Positions 33,080 through 42,393 of a stretch of 64,000 nt of DNA are shown here, in pieces. Below the pieces are notes generated by a model, which saw nothing but the letters and a program-made list of their open reading frames with translations, was not told the origin of the DNA and did not search any database. Source of the DNA: an uncultured Dehalococcoidia bacterium. Lineage in GTDB: Bacteria; Chloroflexota; Dehalococcoidia; Lucifugimonadales; GCA-2712585. Location: positions 1,051,141 to 1,115,140 of the forward strand of contig OX638324.1 of NCBI GenBank assembly GCA_951812825.1. Reading direction: 5' to 3'. A program made the position numbers and the translations under genes. Positions within the stretch are counted from its first letter, which is position 1. Every line of letters begins with the position of its first letter.

Positions 33080-33385
33080 TCAATCGGAGTCACCGTCATT
33101 TGGTTCTCGGAAGAAGTCTATGCGGCAACGCAGGACGCCTTTGACGGACACCCGGTGGGGCGATTGAGGATGGATGATGACCTGACCCGGAGCTGCCACA
33201 ACCCTCTCGTTAGCGTCACTTAAATCGACGAAGCGCAGGACGCCTTCGAGAACGTGCAAGACGCCCCATCGACCGGGGGCCAGGGCGTGCTCCCGCTGAA
33301 GAGCCTCCGGAATTGTTCTCTCTGTAAAGCTCAGGGAACCGCCGGTGGGGACGAGTCCGGGCGGGAGTCTCTTTTTGGCCATCAT
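33080..33385 (-). CDS. DUF1971 (YeaR/TehB-N-terminal-like) cupin-type protein
   Basis: SFTERTIPEALQREHALAPGRWGVLHVLEGVLRF...IIHPQSPHRV pattern, recalled from the DUF1971 family. Confidence 0.55.
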   Translation of the reverse strand: MMAKKRLPPGLVPTGGSLSFTERTIPEALQREHALAPGRWGVLHVLEGVLRFVDLSDANERVVAAPGQVIIHPQSPHRVSVKGVLRCRIDFFREPNDGDSD

Positions 33386-33414
33386 TGCACCTCTATGCTG
33401 TTGCGGATGCTTTT

Positions 33415-33523
33415 GAATTGGAGGGGGAGGGTGGTTCGCGAACGGCCTCTGTGCGGGGAATGTGAGCAGAGAAGGACTTCCACGGAGGCGAGATTCTTCG
33501 TCGCGGGGCCTCCTCAGAATGAC
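33415..33523 (+). repeat. Intergenic repeat cluster: B variant plus module A
   Basis: GAGGGTGGTTCGCGAACGGCCTCTGTGCGG (33427-33456); GAGATTCTTCGTCGCGGGGCCTCCTCAGAATGAC (33490-33523). Confidence 0.75.
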
Positions 33524-33590
33524 AAGTGAGATGAAGGGGAAGAGTGGGCCCCAGCGTCCTCGGGGGAACGGAAGAAGATGGGTTGGGGGG

Positions 33591-34787
33591 TTAGGCGTCT
33601 TCGGGGTGTTGGGCGGCCTGGGTGCGGACGGGGAGGCCGTAGATGGAGATGAAGCCTTCGGAGGCGCGGTGGTCGAAGACGTCGCCTCGGTCGTAGGTGG
33701 CGAGGCTGTGGCTGTAGAGGCCCTTGGGGGCCTTGCGTCCGACGACGGTGCAGTTGCCCTTGTGGAGCCGCAGGCGAACGTCGCCGGTGACGTGTCGCTG
33801 GGTGCTGGCGACGTAGGATGTCAGGTCGCGCCGGTGGGCGGTGAACCAGAGGCCGTTGTAGACCACGTCAGAGTATTCCTGGGCGACGATGGTCTTCATG
33901 CGGGCCTGGTCTTTGCTGAGGGTCAGGGTTTCCAGGGACTTGTGGGCGGCGTGGAGAACGACGCCAGCAGGTGACTCGTAGATTTCGCGGGACTTTATGC
34001 CAACCAGCCGGTTCTCGACGTGGTCGATGCGGCCGACGCCGTTACGTCCGGCGAGGTCGTTGAGGTGCTCGACGAGCTGGACGGCGCCCATTTCTTCGCC
34101 GTCGATGAGGGTCGGGATCCCGCCCTGGAAGGAGATTTCAACGTAGGTAGGGTCGTCGGGGGTCTCAGCGATGGCCTTGGTCCAGAGGTAGGCGTCTTCG
34201 GGGGGTTCGGCCCAAGGGTCTTCGAGCTCACCGGCCTCGATGCTGCGGCCCCATAGATTTTCGTCGGTGGAGTAGCTGCTGTTGGATGGGGGGACTTCGA
34301 TGCCGTGGGCGGCGGCGTATTCCAGTTCTTCCTCCCGGTTCCAGCCCCACTCACGGACGGGGGCGATGACCTTGACGTTGGGGTCCAGGGCCCCGGCGCT
34401 TACGTCCATTCTCACCTGGTCGTTGCCCTTGCCTGTGCAGCCGTGGGCGATGGCGACGGCGTTGACGCGGTGGGCGGCTTCCACCATGTACTTGGCGATG
34501 AGGGGACGGCCCAAGGCGGTGGCGAGTGGGTACTGCTCTTCGTAGACTGCGCCGGCCTGGAGGGCGGGGAAGACGTAGTTCTTGACGAACTCCTCACGTC
34601 CGTCCACGGTGAGGGCATCGGCGGCGCCGATATCGAGGGCGCGCTGACGGATGGGGGCCATGTCGACCATGCCGAGGTCGATGGTGAGGGTAACGACGTT
34701 GGCGTTGTGCTTCTCCTGGAGCCATTTGACGCAGACGGAGGTATCCAAGCCGCCGCTGTAGGCAAGCAGTATGGTGTCTTTCGGCAT
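33591..34787 (-). CDS. argG: Argininosuccinate synthase
   Basis: ILLAYSGGLDTSVCVKWL, AHGCTGKGNDQVR, typical length (398 aa). Confidence 0.92.
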   Translation of the reverse strand: MPKDTILLAYSGGLDTSVCVKWLQEKHNANVVTLTIDLGMVDMAPIRQRALDIGAADALTVDGREEFVKNYVFPALQAGAVYEEQYPLATALGRPLIAKYMVEAAHRVNAVAIAHGCTGKGNDQVRMDVSAGALDPNVKVIAPVREWGWNREEELEYAAAHGIEVPPSNSSYSTDENLWGRSIEAGELEDPWAEPPEDAYLWTKAIAETPDDPTYVEISFQGGIPTLIDGEEMGAVQLVEHLNDLAGRNGVGRIDHVENRLVGIKSREIYESPAGVVLHAAHKSLETLTLSKDQARMKTIVAQEYSDVVYNGLWFTAHRRDLTSYVASTQRHVTGDVRLRLHKGNCTVVGRKAPKGLYSHSLATYDRGDVFDHRASEGFISIYGLPVRTQAAQHPEDA

Positions 34788-34813
34788 TTTAACCTTCCTG
34801 TATGTTGGGCCGG

Positions 34814-35998
34814 TTAGAGGGCGTTTATGGCCTGTTCGACACGGGCAACGCCTTCGTCGATTTCCTCGGCGGTGATGTTTAGTGGGGGCATGAAGCGGAG
34901 GGTGTTGGGCTTGACCATGTTGAGGAGGACGCCGGATGCGTTGGCGTTGGTCAGGACATCGGCGGCGACATCATCATGAAACTCGAGGGCGATGAGGAGG
35001 CCTCTGCCACGGACTTCGCTGATGATGCCGCGCCGGGACTTGAGGGCCTCAAGGGCGGCAGTAAGGTGAGCGCCCATTACGCGGGCGTTGCCGGAGACGT
35101 CGTTGTCGATGATGAACTGGGTTGAGGCGTAGGCGGCGGCGGTGGTGAGGGCGTTGCCGCCGTAGGTGGAGCCGTGGTCGCCGGGTTCGAGGGCCATGCA
35201 GTGCTCCTTGGACATGAAAGCGCCGATGGGGACGCCACCGCCAAGACCCTTCGCCAACGTGATTACGTCGGGCTCGACGCCGTATTCCTGGTAGCCGAAG
35301 AGGCTGCCGAGACGACCGAGGCCGGTCTGGACTTCGTCGAGGATGAGGAGGAGGCCCTGTTCGTCGCACCACTTGCGGACGCGCTGGAGGTAGTCGTCGG
35401 CGGGGATGTTAACGCCGCCTTCGCCCTGGATGGGTTCCAGCATGACGGCGGCGGTCTTCTCGGTGGTGGCGGCCATGATGGCTTCAACGTCGTCGTAGTC
35501 CACGTGGACGTAACCCGGGGTCAGGGGCTGGAAGGCCTCCTGGTAATGGGGCTGGCCGGTGGCGGCGATGGTGGTGAGGGTGCGTCCGTGGAAGGAATTG
35601 AAGGCAGTTATGACCTCGTAGGCTCCGTCACGGTTCTTCTTGCCGTACTTGCGGGCAAGCTTGAGGGCGCCCTCGACGGCCTCCGCGCCGCTATTGCCAA
35701 AGAAGACCCTGTCGAGACAGCTATTTTCGATGAGGGCCTGGGCGAGCTTCAACTGGGGGATGGTGAAGAACTGGTTGGAGGTCTGGATCAGCGTTGCCGC
35801 CTGCTCCTGGATGGCCTGGACCATGGCGGGGTGGCAGTGGCCGAGGTTGGTGACGGCCCAGCCGGCGGTGAAGTCCAGGTATTCCTTTCCTTCGGCGTCC
35901 CAGACGCGGGTGCCCTCGCCTCGGACGAGGACTATGGGCTGACGACGGACGGTTTGGGCGTAGTATTTTTCTTCCAAGGATATCCACTGGGTAGTCAC
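34814..35998 (-). CDS. argD: Acetylornithine aminotransferase (class-III PLP enzyme)
   Basis: GHCHP...LILDEVQTGLGRLG...TLAKGLGGGVPIGA. It sits in arg-cluster context. Confidence 0.85.
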   Translation of the reverse strand: MTTQWISLEEKYYAQTVRRQPIVLVRGEGTRVWDAEGKEYLDFTAGWAVTNLGHCHPAMVQAIQEQAATLIQTSNQFFTIPQLKLAQALIENSCLDRVFFGNSGAEAVEGALKLARKYGKKNRDGAYEVITAFNSFHGRTLTTIAATGQPHYQEAFQPLTPGYVHVDYDDVEAIMAATTEKTAAVMLEPIQGEGGVNIPADDYLQRVRKWCDEQGLLLILDEVQTGLGRLGSLFGYQEYGVEPDVITLAKGLGGGVPIGAFMSKEHCMALEPGDHGSTYGGNALTTAAAYASTQFIIDNDVSGNARVMGAHLTAALEALKSRRGIISEVRGRGLLIALEFHDDVAADVLTNANASGVLLNMVKPNTLRFMPPLNITAEEIDEGVARVEQAINAL

Positions 35999-36088
35999 CG
36001 GATTGTTCCTCCATTTGTTGAGTTTGAGATTGGGAGTTGACTATAGATGGTGGTGGTTGCTTTGTCCATAAGGGGGTCTCGTTGGCAT

Positions 36089-36892
36089 CTAACCGGCCAG
36101 GATACGGGTGCCTGAAGTTTGGCCGGAAAGGCACTGCAAAAGAGCGCCGGGCTTGCGGCCATCGATGACGTGGGCGGAGGGAACGGGGGGCATGGCGAGG
36201 AGGCAGGCCTCGAGCTTGGGGATCATGCCGCCGCGGGCGATGTTGGACTGGATGAGCATGCGGGCCTGCCGGGAGTTCATGTGGGGCAGGCAGCGGCCGG
36301 AAGAGTCGAGGACGCCTTCCACGTCGGTGAGAAAGACGAGGTTGGAGGCGGAGAGGGCGTGGGCGACGCTACCGGTGACGGTATCGCCGTTGATGTTGAG
36401 AAGCTGGCCGTCGCCCTGGAGGAGGCCAACGGGGGAGATGAGGGGCATGAAGCCGGCGTCGAGGGCGCAGGTTACGGGATCGGGGTTGACCTGGGTGACT
36501 TCACCGACGAAGCCGAGCTCCGGGTCCGCGATGCGGCACTGGAGGAGGGCGCCATCGACGCCGCTGAGGCCGATGGCGCGGGCGCCGAGGGCGGTGAGGG
36601 AGGCGACCAGCTGCTTGTTAATGAGACCGGTGAGGACGGCGGTGACGATGTCTAGGCTGGGAGCGTCGGTCACTCTGAGGCCGCGAACGAAGCGGGGCAT
36701 GGCACCGTGGCGCTTCATCCACTCGGAGATAATCTTTCCGCCGCCGTGGACGACGACCACGCGGCGGCCTTCCTGCTGGAGGCGCACCAGGTCCTGGAGG
36801 GTGGTGTCGTGACTGCCGAGGGTGCTGCCGCCGATTTTGACGACGATGGGTCCTTCCGACACACCGTTGGGGTTGGGCGAGGGAACGTTCAT
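36089..36892 (-). CDS. argB: Acetylglutamate kinase
   Basis: IVVKIGGSTLG...VVVVHGGG...NINGDTV. Confidence 0.9.
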   Translation of the reverse strand: MNVPSPNPNGVSEGPIVVKIGGSTLGSHDTTLQDLVRLQQEGRRVVVVHGGGKIISEWMKRHGAMPRFVRGLRVTDAPSLDIVTAVLTGLINKQLVASLTALGARAIGLSGVDGALLQCRIADPELGFVGEVTQVNPDPVTCALDAGFMPLISPVGLLQGDGQLLNINGDTVTGSVAHALSASNLVFLTDVEGVLDSSGRCLPHMNSRQARMLIQSNIARGGMIPKLEACLLAMPPVPSAHVIDGRKPGALLQCLSGQTSGTRILAG

Positions 36893-36901
36893 TGCGGGCT
36901 A

Positions 36902-38119
36902 CTAGGTGGTGTAGGCGCTGTTGAAGGTGACGTACTCTTCGCTGAGGTTGCATCCCCAAGCGGTGGCGCTGTGCTCGCCGAGGTTGAGGTTGACCCTGAT
37001 GTCCACCTGACCCTGGGACATGAGGGCTATGACGGAGTCTCGGTGGAAGGGGGCGGGGAGGCCGTTCTCCATGATGAGGGCACCGTTGATGTGGAGGGCC
37101 AGCTTGCTTTCCTCCACGTCGGCCTCGCTGCGGCCAAGGGCGACGGTGATGCGGCCCCAGTTGGGGTCGTTGCCGTGGACGGCGGTCTTGACGAGGCTGG
37201 AGCCGCTGATGATGCGGGCGGCGCTGCGAGCCTGCCGGAGGGTTCTTGCGCCTTCCACGGTGACTTCGATGAGCTTTGTAGCGCCTTCACCCTCGCGGGC
37301 GATGCGCTTGGCAAGGTCGATGCAGACTTCTGCGAGGGCGTGGGAGAAGAGTTCGGCGCCCTCGGTTCCAGGCCGGATGGGGCCGGCGCCGGCGGCGCCG
37401 TTGGCCATGAGGAGGACGGTATCGTTGGTGCTGGTATCGCCGTCGATGGTCATCATGTTGAAGGAATCGTCGGCGGCGTCCTTGAGCATCTCCTTCAGAA
37501 GATCGGAGGAGATTTCCGCGTCGGTGGTAATGAAGGAGAGCATGGTTGCCATGTCTGGGTGGATCATGCCCGCGCCCTTGGCGATTCCGCCGATGGTGAT
37601 GGTCTTGCCGTTCAAGGGGAAGGAGACGCCAATTTCCTTGGGCCTGGGGTCGGTGGTGAGGATGGCGCGGGCCATGCGGTGGCCGCCGTCGGTGGCAAGC
37701 TGAATGCGGTCGATGCCACTTTCGATGAGGGACATGGGAAGCTCGACGCCGACGACGCCGGTGGAGCAGATCAGGACGTCCTCCGGCCTGATGCCGAGAA
37801 TATCCGCGGTCTTGCCGGTCATGCGCTTGGCGTCGCCGTAGCCGGGATCGCCGACGCAGGCGTTGGCGATGCCGCTGTTTACAACAACAGCGTGGGCCTT
37901 GCCATCGGCGACGTGCTCCTCGGTGAGGATGACGGAGGGGGACTTGAGCTTGTTCTGGGTGAATACACCGGCAGCGGTGGTGGTCCTTCGGGAGTAGAGG
38001 ATGGCGAGGTCGAGCTTGTCTTCAGCGTAGGTCTTGAGGCCGGCAAAGGTGGCGCCGGCCACGTAGCCTTGGGGCGAGGTGACGGTGCCGTCTTCGATTA
38101 TGGTGATGCCACCGGGCAT
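36902..38119 (-). CDS. argJ: Ornithine acetyltransferase / N-acetylglutamate synthase (canonical start; frame stays open 49 codons further to ATG 38266)
   Basis: Autoprocessing site PDMATMLSFITTDA. GAGGAGG SD lies 8 nt before the ATG at 38119. The upstream in-frame codons encode a CxxC...CxxC peptide (see findings). Confidence 0.88.
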   Translation of the reverse strand: MPGGITIIEDGTVTSPQGYVAGATFAGLKTYAEDKLDLAILYSRRTTTAAGVFTQNKLKSPSVILTEEHVADGKAHAVVVNSGIANACVGDPGYGDAKRMTGKTADILGIRPEDVLICSTGVVGVELPMSLIESGIDRIQLATDGGHRMARAILTTDPRPKEIGVSFPLNGKTITIGGIAKGAGMIHPDMATMLSFITTDAEISSDLLKEMLKDAADDSFNMMTIDGDTSTNDTVLLMANGAAGAGPIRPGTEGAELFSHALAEVCIDLAKRIAREGEGATKLIEVTVEGARTLRQARSAARIISGSSLVKTAVHGNDPNWGRITVALGRSEADVEESKLALHINGALIMENGLPAPFHRDSVIALMSQGQVDIRVNLNLGEHSATAWGCNLSEEYVTFNSAYTT

Positions 38120-38272
38120 AGTGGAAACCTCCTCAATTGGTTGGGGTTCGGAATCGGGCTGGCCGAGGGGCCAGGGCTTCTGGCACTTCCCGCACTTCTT
38201 GGGGAAGAGGACACGGGGGACAAACTGGTAGCCGCAGTGAGCGCATTGGCGCTGTTGTTGTACCATTGCGGG

Positions 38273-38301
38273 ATTTTACTACAACAAGAAGTGACGGTCA
38301 A
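38273..38301 (-). promoter_or_regulatory. Near-consensus sigma70 promoter TTGACC-17 nt-TAAAAT placed 6 nt before ATG 38266
   Basis: On the minus strand: TTGACC (38296-38301), 17-nt spacer GTCACTTCTTGTTGTAG, TAAAAT (38273-38278), then CCCGCA and ATG. Confidence 0.55.
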
Positions 38302-38326
38302 GAGGGATTGGAGTGGCGGCTAAGAG

Positions 38327-38424
38327 CTGGATTCCGGTTTTCACCGGAATAAGGGATGGGATTGAACGTAGCGGTGGGGGTGGCATGGGGATAGAGAGTG
38401 GGTTCCTGCCTTCGGAGGAACAAG
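38327..38424 (+). repeat. Intergenic repeat cluster: D variant plus D'' variant
   Basis: CTGGATTCCGGTTTTCACCGGAATAAGGG (38327-38355); GATAGAGAGTGGGTTCCTGCCTTCGGAGGAACAAG (38390-38424). Confidence 0.7.
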
Positions 38425-38510
38425 AATGAGGTGCTGATCAGGGCTGCATTCGTTTTTTGCGGTTGACGCCTGAGCGGGATTCGATTTGACAATCGACTCG
38501 GTATCAATTT

Positions 38511-38573
38511 GTGCCTGAAATTATTCGTTTCAGGCGTGGGGGGTCGTTTGAAAAAATTCAGGGCAAACGAAAC
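38511..38573 (+). repeat. AT-rich structured element related to 14753-14814
   Basis: Hairpin GCCTGAAA-TTATTCG-TTTCAGGC, then the shared block TTCGTTTCAGGCGTGGGGGGTCGTTTGAAAAAA followed by GGGCAAACGAAAC. Confidence 0.5.
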
Positions 38574-38790
38574 ATGGTCGGGGCCAATTCGGGATGCGGT
38601 ATGGGTGGCAGTTGGAGTTAATGGGCGGCAAATCATCGGTTCGTAAAGAAAGGATATCAAGAGAGGGGCAGTTCAGGCAATGGAAAGTTGTCACTTTTGG
38701 AGATGGGGGCAAGGGCGTTGATGGAGGAGGCCGGGGCGTATACACTCTTGAGGTTGGGATCGGGCCGGAAAGAACCAGACGGAGGTATTG

Positions 38791-39444
38791 ATGTTGTCAT
38801 TCCTGGGGGGCACGGGACCGGAGGGCAGGGGGTTGGCGCTGCGGTACGCGTTGGCGGGTCGCGAGGTGTTTATCGGGTCGCGAGATGCGGGGCGGGGTAG
38901 AGATTCTGCAGTCGAGTTGGGTGAGAAATGGCCGGGGATTTCCGTCAAAGGCGGGGGGAATGGTGAGGGGGCAAGATTGGGCGAAATGGTGTTCATCTGC
39001 GTGCCTTATGAGGCCCAGAAGGCGCTGCTGACGGGACTGGCGGAGTCGCTTGCGGGGAAGGTGGTGGTGAACGTGGTGGCGCCGCTTACGTTTGCGAAGG
39101 GGAGGGCGGCGGCGGTTACGGTGCCGGAGGGGTCTGCGGCGGAGGAATCGCAGCTGCTGCTGCCGAAGTCGGAGGTTGTGGCCGCGTTCCAGAATTTGAG
39201 CGCGAGGAAGCTGTTGGCGGCAGGACGTCCGATGGAGGGAGACGTGGTGGTGTGTTCTGACCATGATGGCGCAAAGAAAAAGGTGATGGGGCTGGTGGAG
39301 GTTATCGAGGGGTTGCGGGCAGTGGACGGGGGGCCGCTGGCGAACGCTCGCTACGTGGAGCAGTTGACGGCGCTGTTGTTGAACGTGAACCGGATATACA
39401 AGGCGCAGAGCAGCATCAAGCTGGTGGGGTTGCAGGATTGGTAG
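38791..39444 (+). CDS. npdG: NADPH-dependent F420 reductase-like (NpdG family) oxidoreductase
   Basis: LSFLGGTGPEGRGLALRYALAGREVFIGSRD Rossmann N-terminus. GGAGG lies 5 nt upstream of the ATG at 38791. Confidence 0.65.
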   Translation: MLSFLGGTGPEGRGLALRYALAGREVFIGSRDAGRGRDSAVELGEKWPGISVKGGGNGEGARLGEMVFICVPYEAQKALLTGLAESLAGKVVVNVVAPLTFAKGRAAAVTVPEGSAAEESQLLLPKSEVVAAFQNLSARKLLAAGRPMEGDVVVCSDHDGAKKKVMGLVEVIEGLRAVDGGPLANARYVEQLTALLLNVNRIYKAQSSIKLVGLQDW

Positions 39445-39483
39445 TAGCTGGATGAGGGCCACCGCCAGAATCGGGATTTGGAT

Positions 39484-40011
39484 ATGTATGGGCCGCGGAT
39501 AATCGTGATGGGTGTGACGGGTTCCGGGAAGACTGCGCTGGCGCGCCGTCTGTCGGAGCGGTTCGGGGTGCGTCACGTGGAGTTGGACGGGCTCAACTGG
39601 GAGGCGAACTGGGTGCAGGCCCCGACGGAGGTGTTTCGTGAGCGAGTGGCAGAAGCAACGGCGGAAGACGGTTGGGTGGTGGACGGAAACTACCAGAAGA
39701 CGCACGACATCACGTGGCCGAGGGCGACGATGATGGTGTGGCTGGACTATCCGCTGCCGCTGATTCTATGGCGGTTGGGCCTTCGCATACTGCGCCGGGC
39801 AGTTACTCGGGAGCGGTTGTGGAAGGGAAACCAGGAAAGTCTGTGGAAGCATCTCTGCACCAAGGATTCGCTGATTCTATGGGCGTTGCACACGTACAGG
39901 CGCAGGCAGCGTGAATACGGTGAGGCGATGGGACATTGGGAGTCCGAAGGGGTGAAGACGTTGAGATTCGGCCGGCCAAGGGAGACGGAACGGTGGCTTC
40001 GAGCACTCTAA
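39484..40011 (+). CDS. P-loop NTPase, adenylate-kinase/FlaR-like
   Basis: RIIVMGVTGSGKTALARRL Walker A, small size (about 175 aa). Confidence 0.6.
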   Translation: MYGPRIIVMGVTGSGKTALARRLSERFGVRHVELDGLNWEANWVQAPTEVFRERVAEATAEDGWVVDGNYQKTHDITWPRATMMVWLDYPLPLILWRLGLRILRRAVTRERLWKGNQESLWKHLCTKDSLILWALHTYRRRQREYGEAMGHWESEGVKTLRFGRPRETERWLRAL

Positions 40012-40757
40012 TTGCGTATCTAAGGGACGCGGGCGTGGGTTCGCGCCGGCACTGCTTTCGGCTCATTCAGGAGGGTCGCGTGACAGTCAACGGGCAGGTG
40101 GCGGGGGCTGCCTCGATGCCGGTGGACTCAGAGTCGGACACGGTGATGGTGGAGGGCCGTCCGGTGTCGGGTGAAGTTCACAAGGTATACTTGAAGGTGC
40201 ACAAGCCCAGGGGGGTAATCTCAACGACGCGAGACAACAGGGGAAGGCGGACTGTGATGTCGATGATGCCGCGGGCCATGCGAGGGATGAAGTTGTTTCC
40301 GGTGGGGCGGCTGGACGCGGAGTCGACGGGCCTGCTGTTGTTGACGAACGACGGGGAGCTGGCGAACTGGTTGATGCATCCACGGTACGGAGTGGAGAAG
40401 GAGTACCACGTGGAGCTGGAGCGGGGGTTATCGGAGGAGGAACGGGAGGCGTTGGAAAAAGGCGTGGTGATCAACGAAGAGAGAACTTCGCCGGCGGAGG
40501 TCCGGCGAATGGCGGACCGGGAGGGGGCCTGGTACAGCGTCGTGCTCAAGGAGGGTCGGAAGCGGCAGATCCGGTTGATGCTGACGGCGGTGGGGAGAAC
40601 AGCGCAGTCGATTCAGCGGGTGCGGATACACAACCTGCGATTAGGCAAGCTGCCGGAGGGGCAGGTGGGGGAGCTTTCCAGGAAAGAAGTGCGCCGGCTG
40701 AGGGAGGTCTTGGATAGCGGGCCGGGAGAAGAAGCAGCCAGCGATGGGAATGAATGA
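39993..40757 (+). CDS. Pseudouridine synthase, RsuA/RluB family (S4 domain plus catalytic domain)
   Basis: S4 region LIAYLRDAGVGSRRHCFRLIQEGRVTVNG and catalytic GRLDAESTGLLLLTNDGELANWLMHP. A GTG start at 39993 with an AAGGGAG SD is proposed. Confidence 0.8.
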   Translation: MASSTLIAYLRDAGVGSRRHCFRLIQEGRVTVNGQVAGAASMPVDSESDTVMVEGRPVSGEVHKVYLKVHKPRGVISTTRDNRGRRTVMSMMPRAMRGMKLFPVGRLDAESTGLLLLTNDGELANWLMHPRYGVEKEYHVELERGLSEEEREALEKGVVINEERTSPAEVRRMADREGAWYSVVLKEGRKRQIRLMLTAVGRTAQSIQRVRIHNLRLGKLPEGQVGELSRKEVRRLREVLDSGPGEEAASDGNE

Positions 40758-40799
40758 AGGGAACAAGGAGCGAAGGTTGAGAGGGCGCGCCAAGGCAGC

Positions 40800-40836
40800 G
40801 AGATTCTTCACTGCGCTTCGCTTCGTTCAGAATGAC
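40800..40836 (+). repeat. Intergenic repeat, module A
   Basis: GAGATTCTTCACTGCGCTTCGCTTCGTTCAGAATGAC. Confidence 0.75.
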
Positions 40837-40844
40837 ATGTTGGA

Positions 40845-41516
40845 ATGGGGGGAGGAATGAGTTTTACGTCGGAGCTGCAGAGGGGAGTTTCGCCTCTCTG
40901 GGAGAAGATGGTCACGCACAGGTTCGTGGAGGAGTTGGGGGACGGGACGCTGCCCTGGGAGAAGTTTCAGCGTTACTTCGAGCAGGACTACGTGTTCCTG
41001 AGGCAGGGTTGGATTCACATGATTTCGCTGGCGATAGCCAAGTCGTCGGACTTCGCGAGGGCGCGGGTGCTGACGGGGTTCCTGCACGACGTATTGGACG
41101 GCGAGGAGGGGCTGTTTCAGCGGGCGTTCCGGGAAATGGGGCTGTCGGAGGAGGATGTAAATCGTCTAGAGGCGTTGCCGACGACGGACGCCTTCAGCAG
41201 CTATCTGACGAACGTGGCGTACCAGGGCGGGTTTCGGGAGATAATCACGGCGTTTCTGTGCCTGGAGTGGACGTACCTGGACTGGGCGCAACGGCTGGAG
41301 GCGGCGGGGAAACGTCCGGGCAACGAGTACTACCAGGGGTGGATCGACGTTCATGCCGGTGCGGAGTTGGAGGGGCTGGTGCGGTGGATGCGTGAGACGT
41401 TGGACTCGGAGCCGCCGGAGGATGCGGATCGGCTACGAGGGATATTCCTGGACGTGCTGAGGTATGAGTATATGTTTTGGGAGTTGGCCTACGACGGGGA
41501 AGGGTGGCCGGCGTGA
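40845..41516 (+). CDS. tenA: TenA family thiaminase II / aminopyrimidine aminohydrolase
   Basis: LWEKMVTHRFVEELGDGTLPWEKFQRYFEQDYVFL...YEYMFWE. The start may be ATG 40857. Confidence 0.8.
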   Translation: MGGGMSFTSELQRGVSPLWEKMVTHRFVEELGDGTLPWEKFQRYFEQDYVFLRQGWIHMISLAIAKSSDFARARVLTGFLHDVLDGEEGLFQRAFREMGLSEEDVNRLEALPTTDAFSSYLTNVAYQGGFREIITAFLCLEWTYLDWAQRLEAAGKRPGNEYYQGWIDVHAGAELEGLVRWMRETLDSEPPEDADRLRGIFLDVLRYEYMFWELAYDGEGWPA

Positions 41517-42304
41517 TGAGGATCTACAAGGCGATGACAATTGCGGGGTCGGACTCCGGGGGCGGGGCCGGGATTCAGGCGGACCTGAAGACTTTCGCCG
41601 CCAACGGGGTGTACGGGACTACGGTGTTGACGGCGATAACGGCGCAGAACACCAAGGCGGTAACGGCGGTGCAGGAGGTTTCGCCGGAGGTGGTGCTGGC
41701 GCAGATGGAAGCGGTCTTCATCGACATTGGCGCGGACGCGGTGAAGACGGGGATGCTTTCGAGCTCGGAGATAATCGAGGCGGTAGTGGAGGGGCTGAAG
41801 CGGTTTTCGTCGGCGCCGCTGGTGGTGGACCCGGTGATGGTGGCGAAAAGCGGGGATCGGCTGCTGCGGGAGGACGCGGTGAAGTCGCTGCGGGAGAATC
41901 TGCTGCCGCTGGCGGCGGTGGTAACGCCGAACGTGCCGGAGGCGGAGGCGCTGGCGGAGATGCGGATCGAGTCGGCGGAGGACGCACGACGGGCGGCGGT
42001 GCGGATCCAGGAGCAGGGGCCGCGGGCGGTGGTGGTGAAGGGGGGGCATTTGCCGGGGGACGCGGTGGACCGGCTGTACGACGGTGAGGGATTCCGGGAG
42101 TTTACGTCGGCGCGGGTGGAGACGGAGAACACCCACGGAACGGGGTGCACTTTTGCGTCGGCGATCGCGGCGGGGTTGGCGAAGGGGATGGGGCTGGGGG
42201 ACGCGGTTGCATCGGCGAAGGAGTACGTGACGGAGGGGCTGCGGCATTCCTACGGGATCGGAGGGGGACACGGGCCGCTTAACCACTTTTGGGGGATGGG
42301 GTAG
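41516..42304 (+). CDS. thiD: Hydroxymethylpyrimidine/phosphomethylpyrimidine kinase
   Basis: AMTIAGSDSGGGAGIQADLKTF...TAQNT...HGTGCTFASAIAA. The ATG overlaps the tenA TGA by 1 nt. Confidence 0.9.
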   Translation: MRIYKAMTIAGSDSGGGAGIQADLKTFAANGVYGTTVLTAITAQNTKAVTAVQEVSPEVVLAQMEAVFIDIGADAVKTGMLSSSEIIEAVVEGLKRFSSAPLVVDPVMVAKSGDRLLREDAVKSLRENLLPLAAVVTPNVPEAEALAEMRIESAEDARRAAVRIQEQGPRAVVVKGGHLPGDAVDRLYDGEGFREFTSARVETENTHGTGCTFASAIAAGLAKGMGLGDAVASAKEYVTEGLRHSYGIGGGHGPLNHFWGMG

Positions 42305-42314
42305 GGGGAAAGTT

Positions 42315-42355
42315 GTCACCCCCATCCCAACCTTCCCCCATCCAGGGGTAAGGGG
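42315..42355 (+). repeat. Intergenic repeat, module C
   Basis: GTCACCCCCATCCCAACCTTCCCCCATCCAGGGGTAAGGGG. Confidence 0.75.
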
Positions 42356-42393
42356 TTAAATGGTATTTTTTGCTTCAATCAGCAATGGGAGTG

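Noticed and set aside
32900-33082. In-frame ORF continuation past the TGA stop of the DUF1971 gene (a possible second Sec read-through).
   Set aside because: The downstream codons hit another TGA after 14 codons, encode no recognisable sequence and have no adjacent hairpin. It looks like chance.
38120-38266. The zinc-ribbon peptide upstream of argJ considered as a LysW-type amino-group carrier protein.
   Set aside because: It lacks the C-terminal EDWGE-type Glu tail and is in-frame with argJ rather than a separate gene. The cluster uses the acetyl cycle (argJ, argB, argD) rather than LysW-dependent enzymes.
36707-38323. 538-aa + strand ORF, the longest in this region.
   Set aside because: It lies entirely antisense to argB/argJ, which have unmistakable family motifs. 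Its translation is low-complexity G/A/V/D-rich, as expected for the reverse frame of a high-GC gene.
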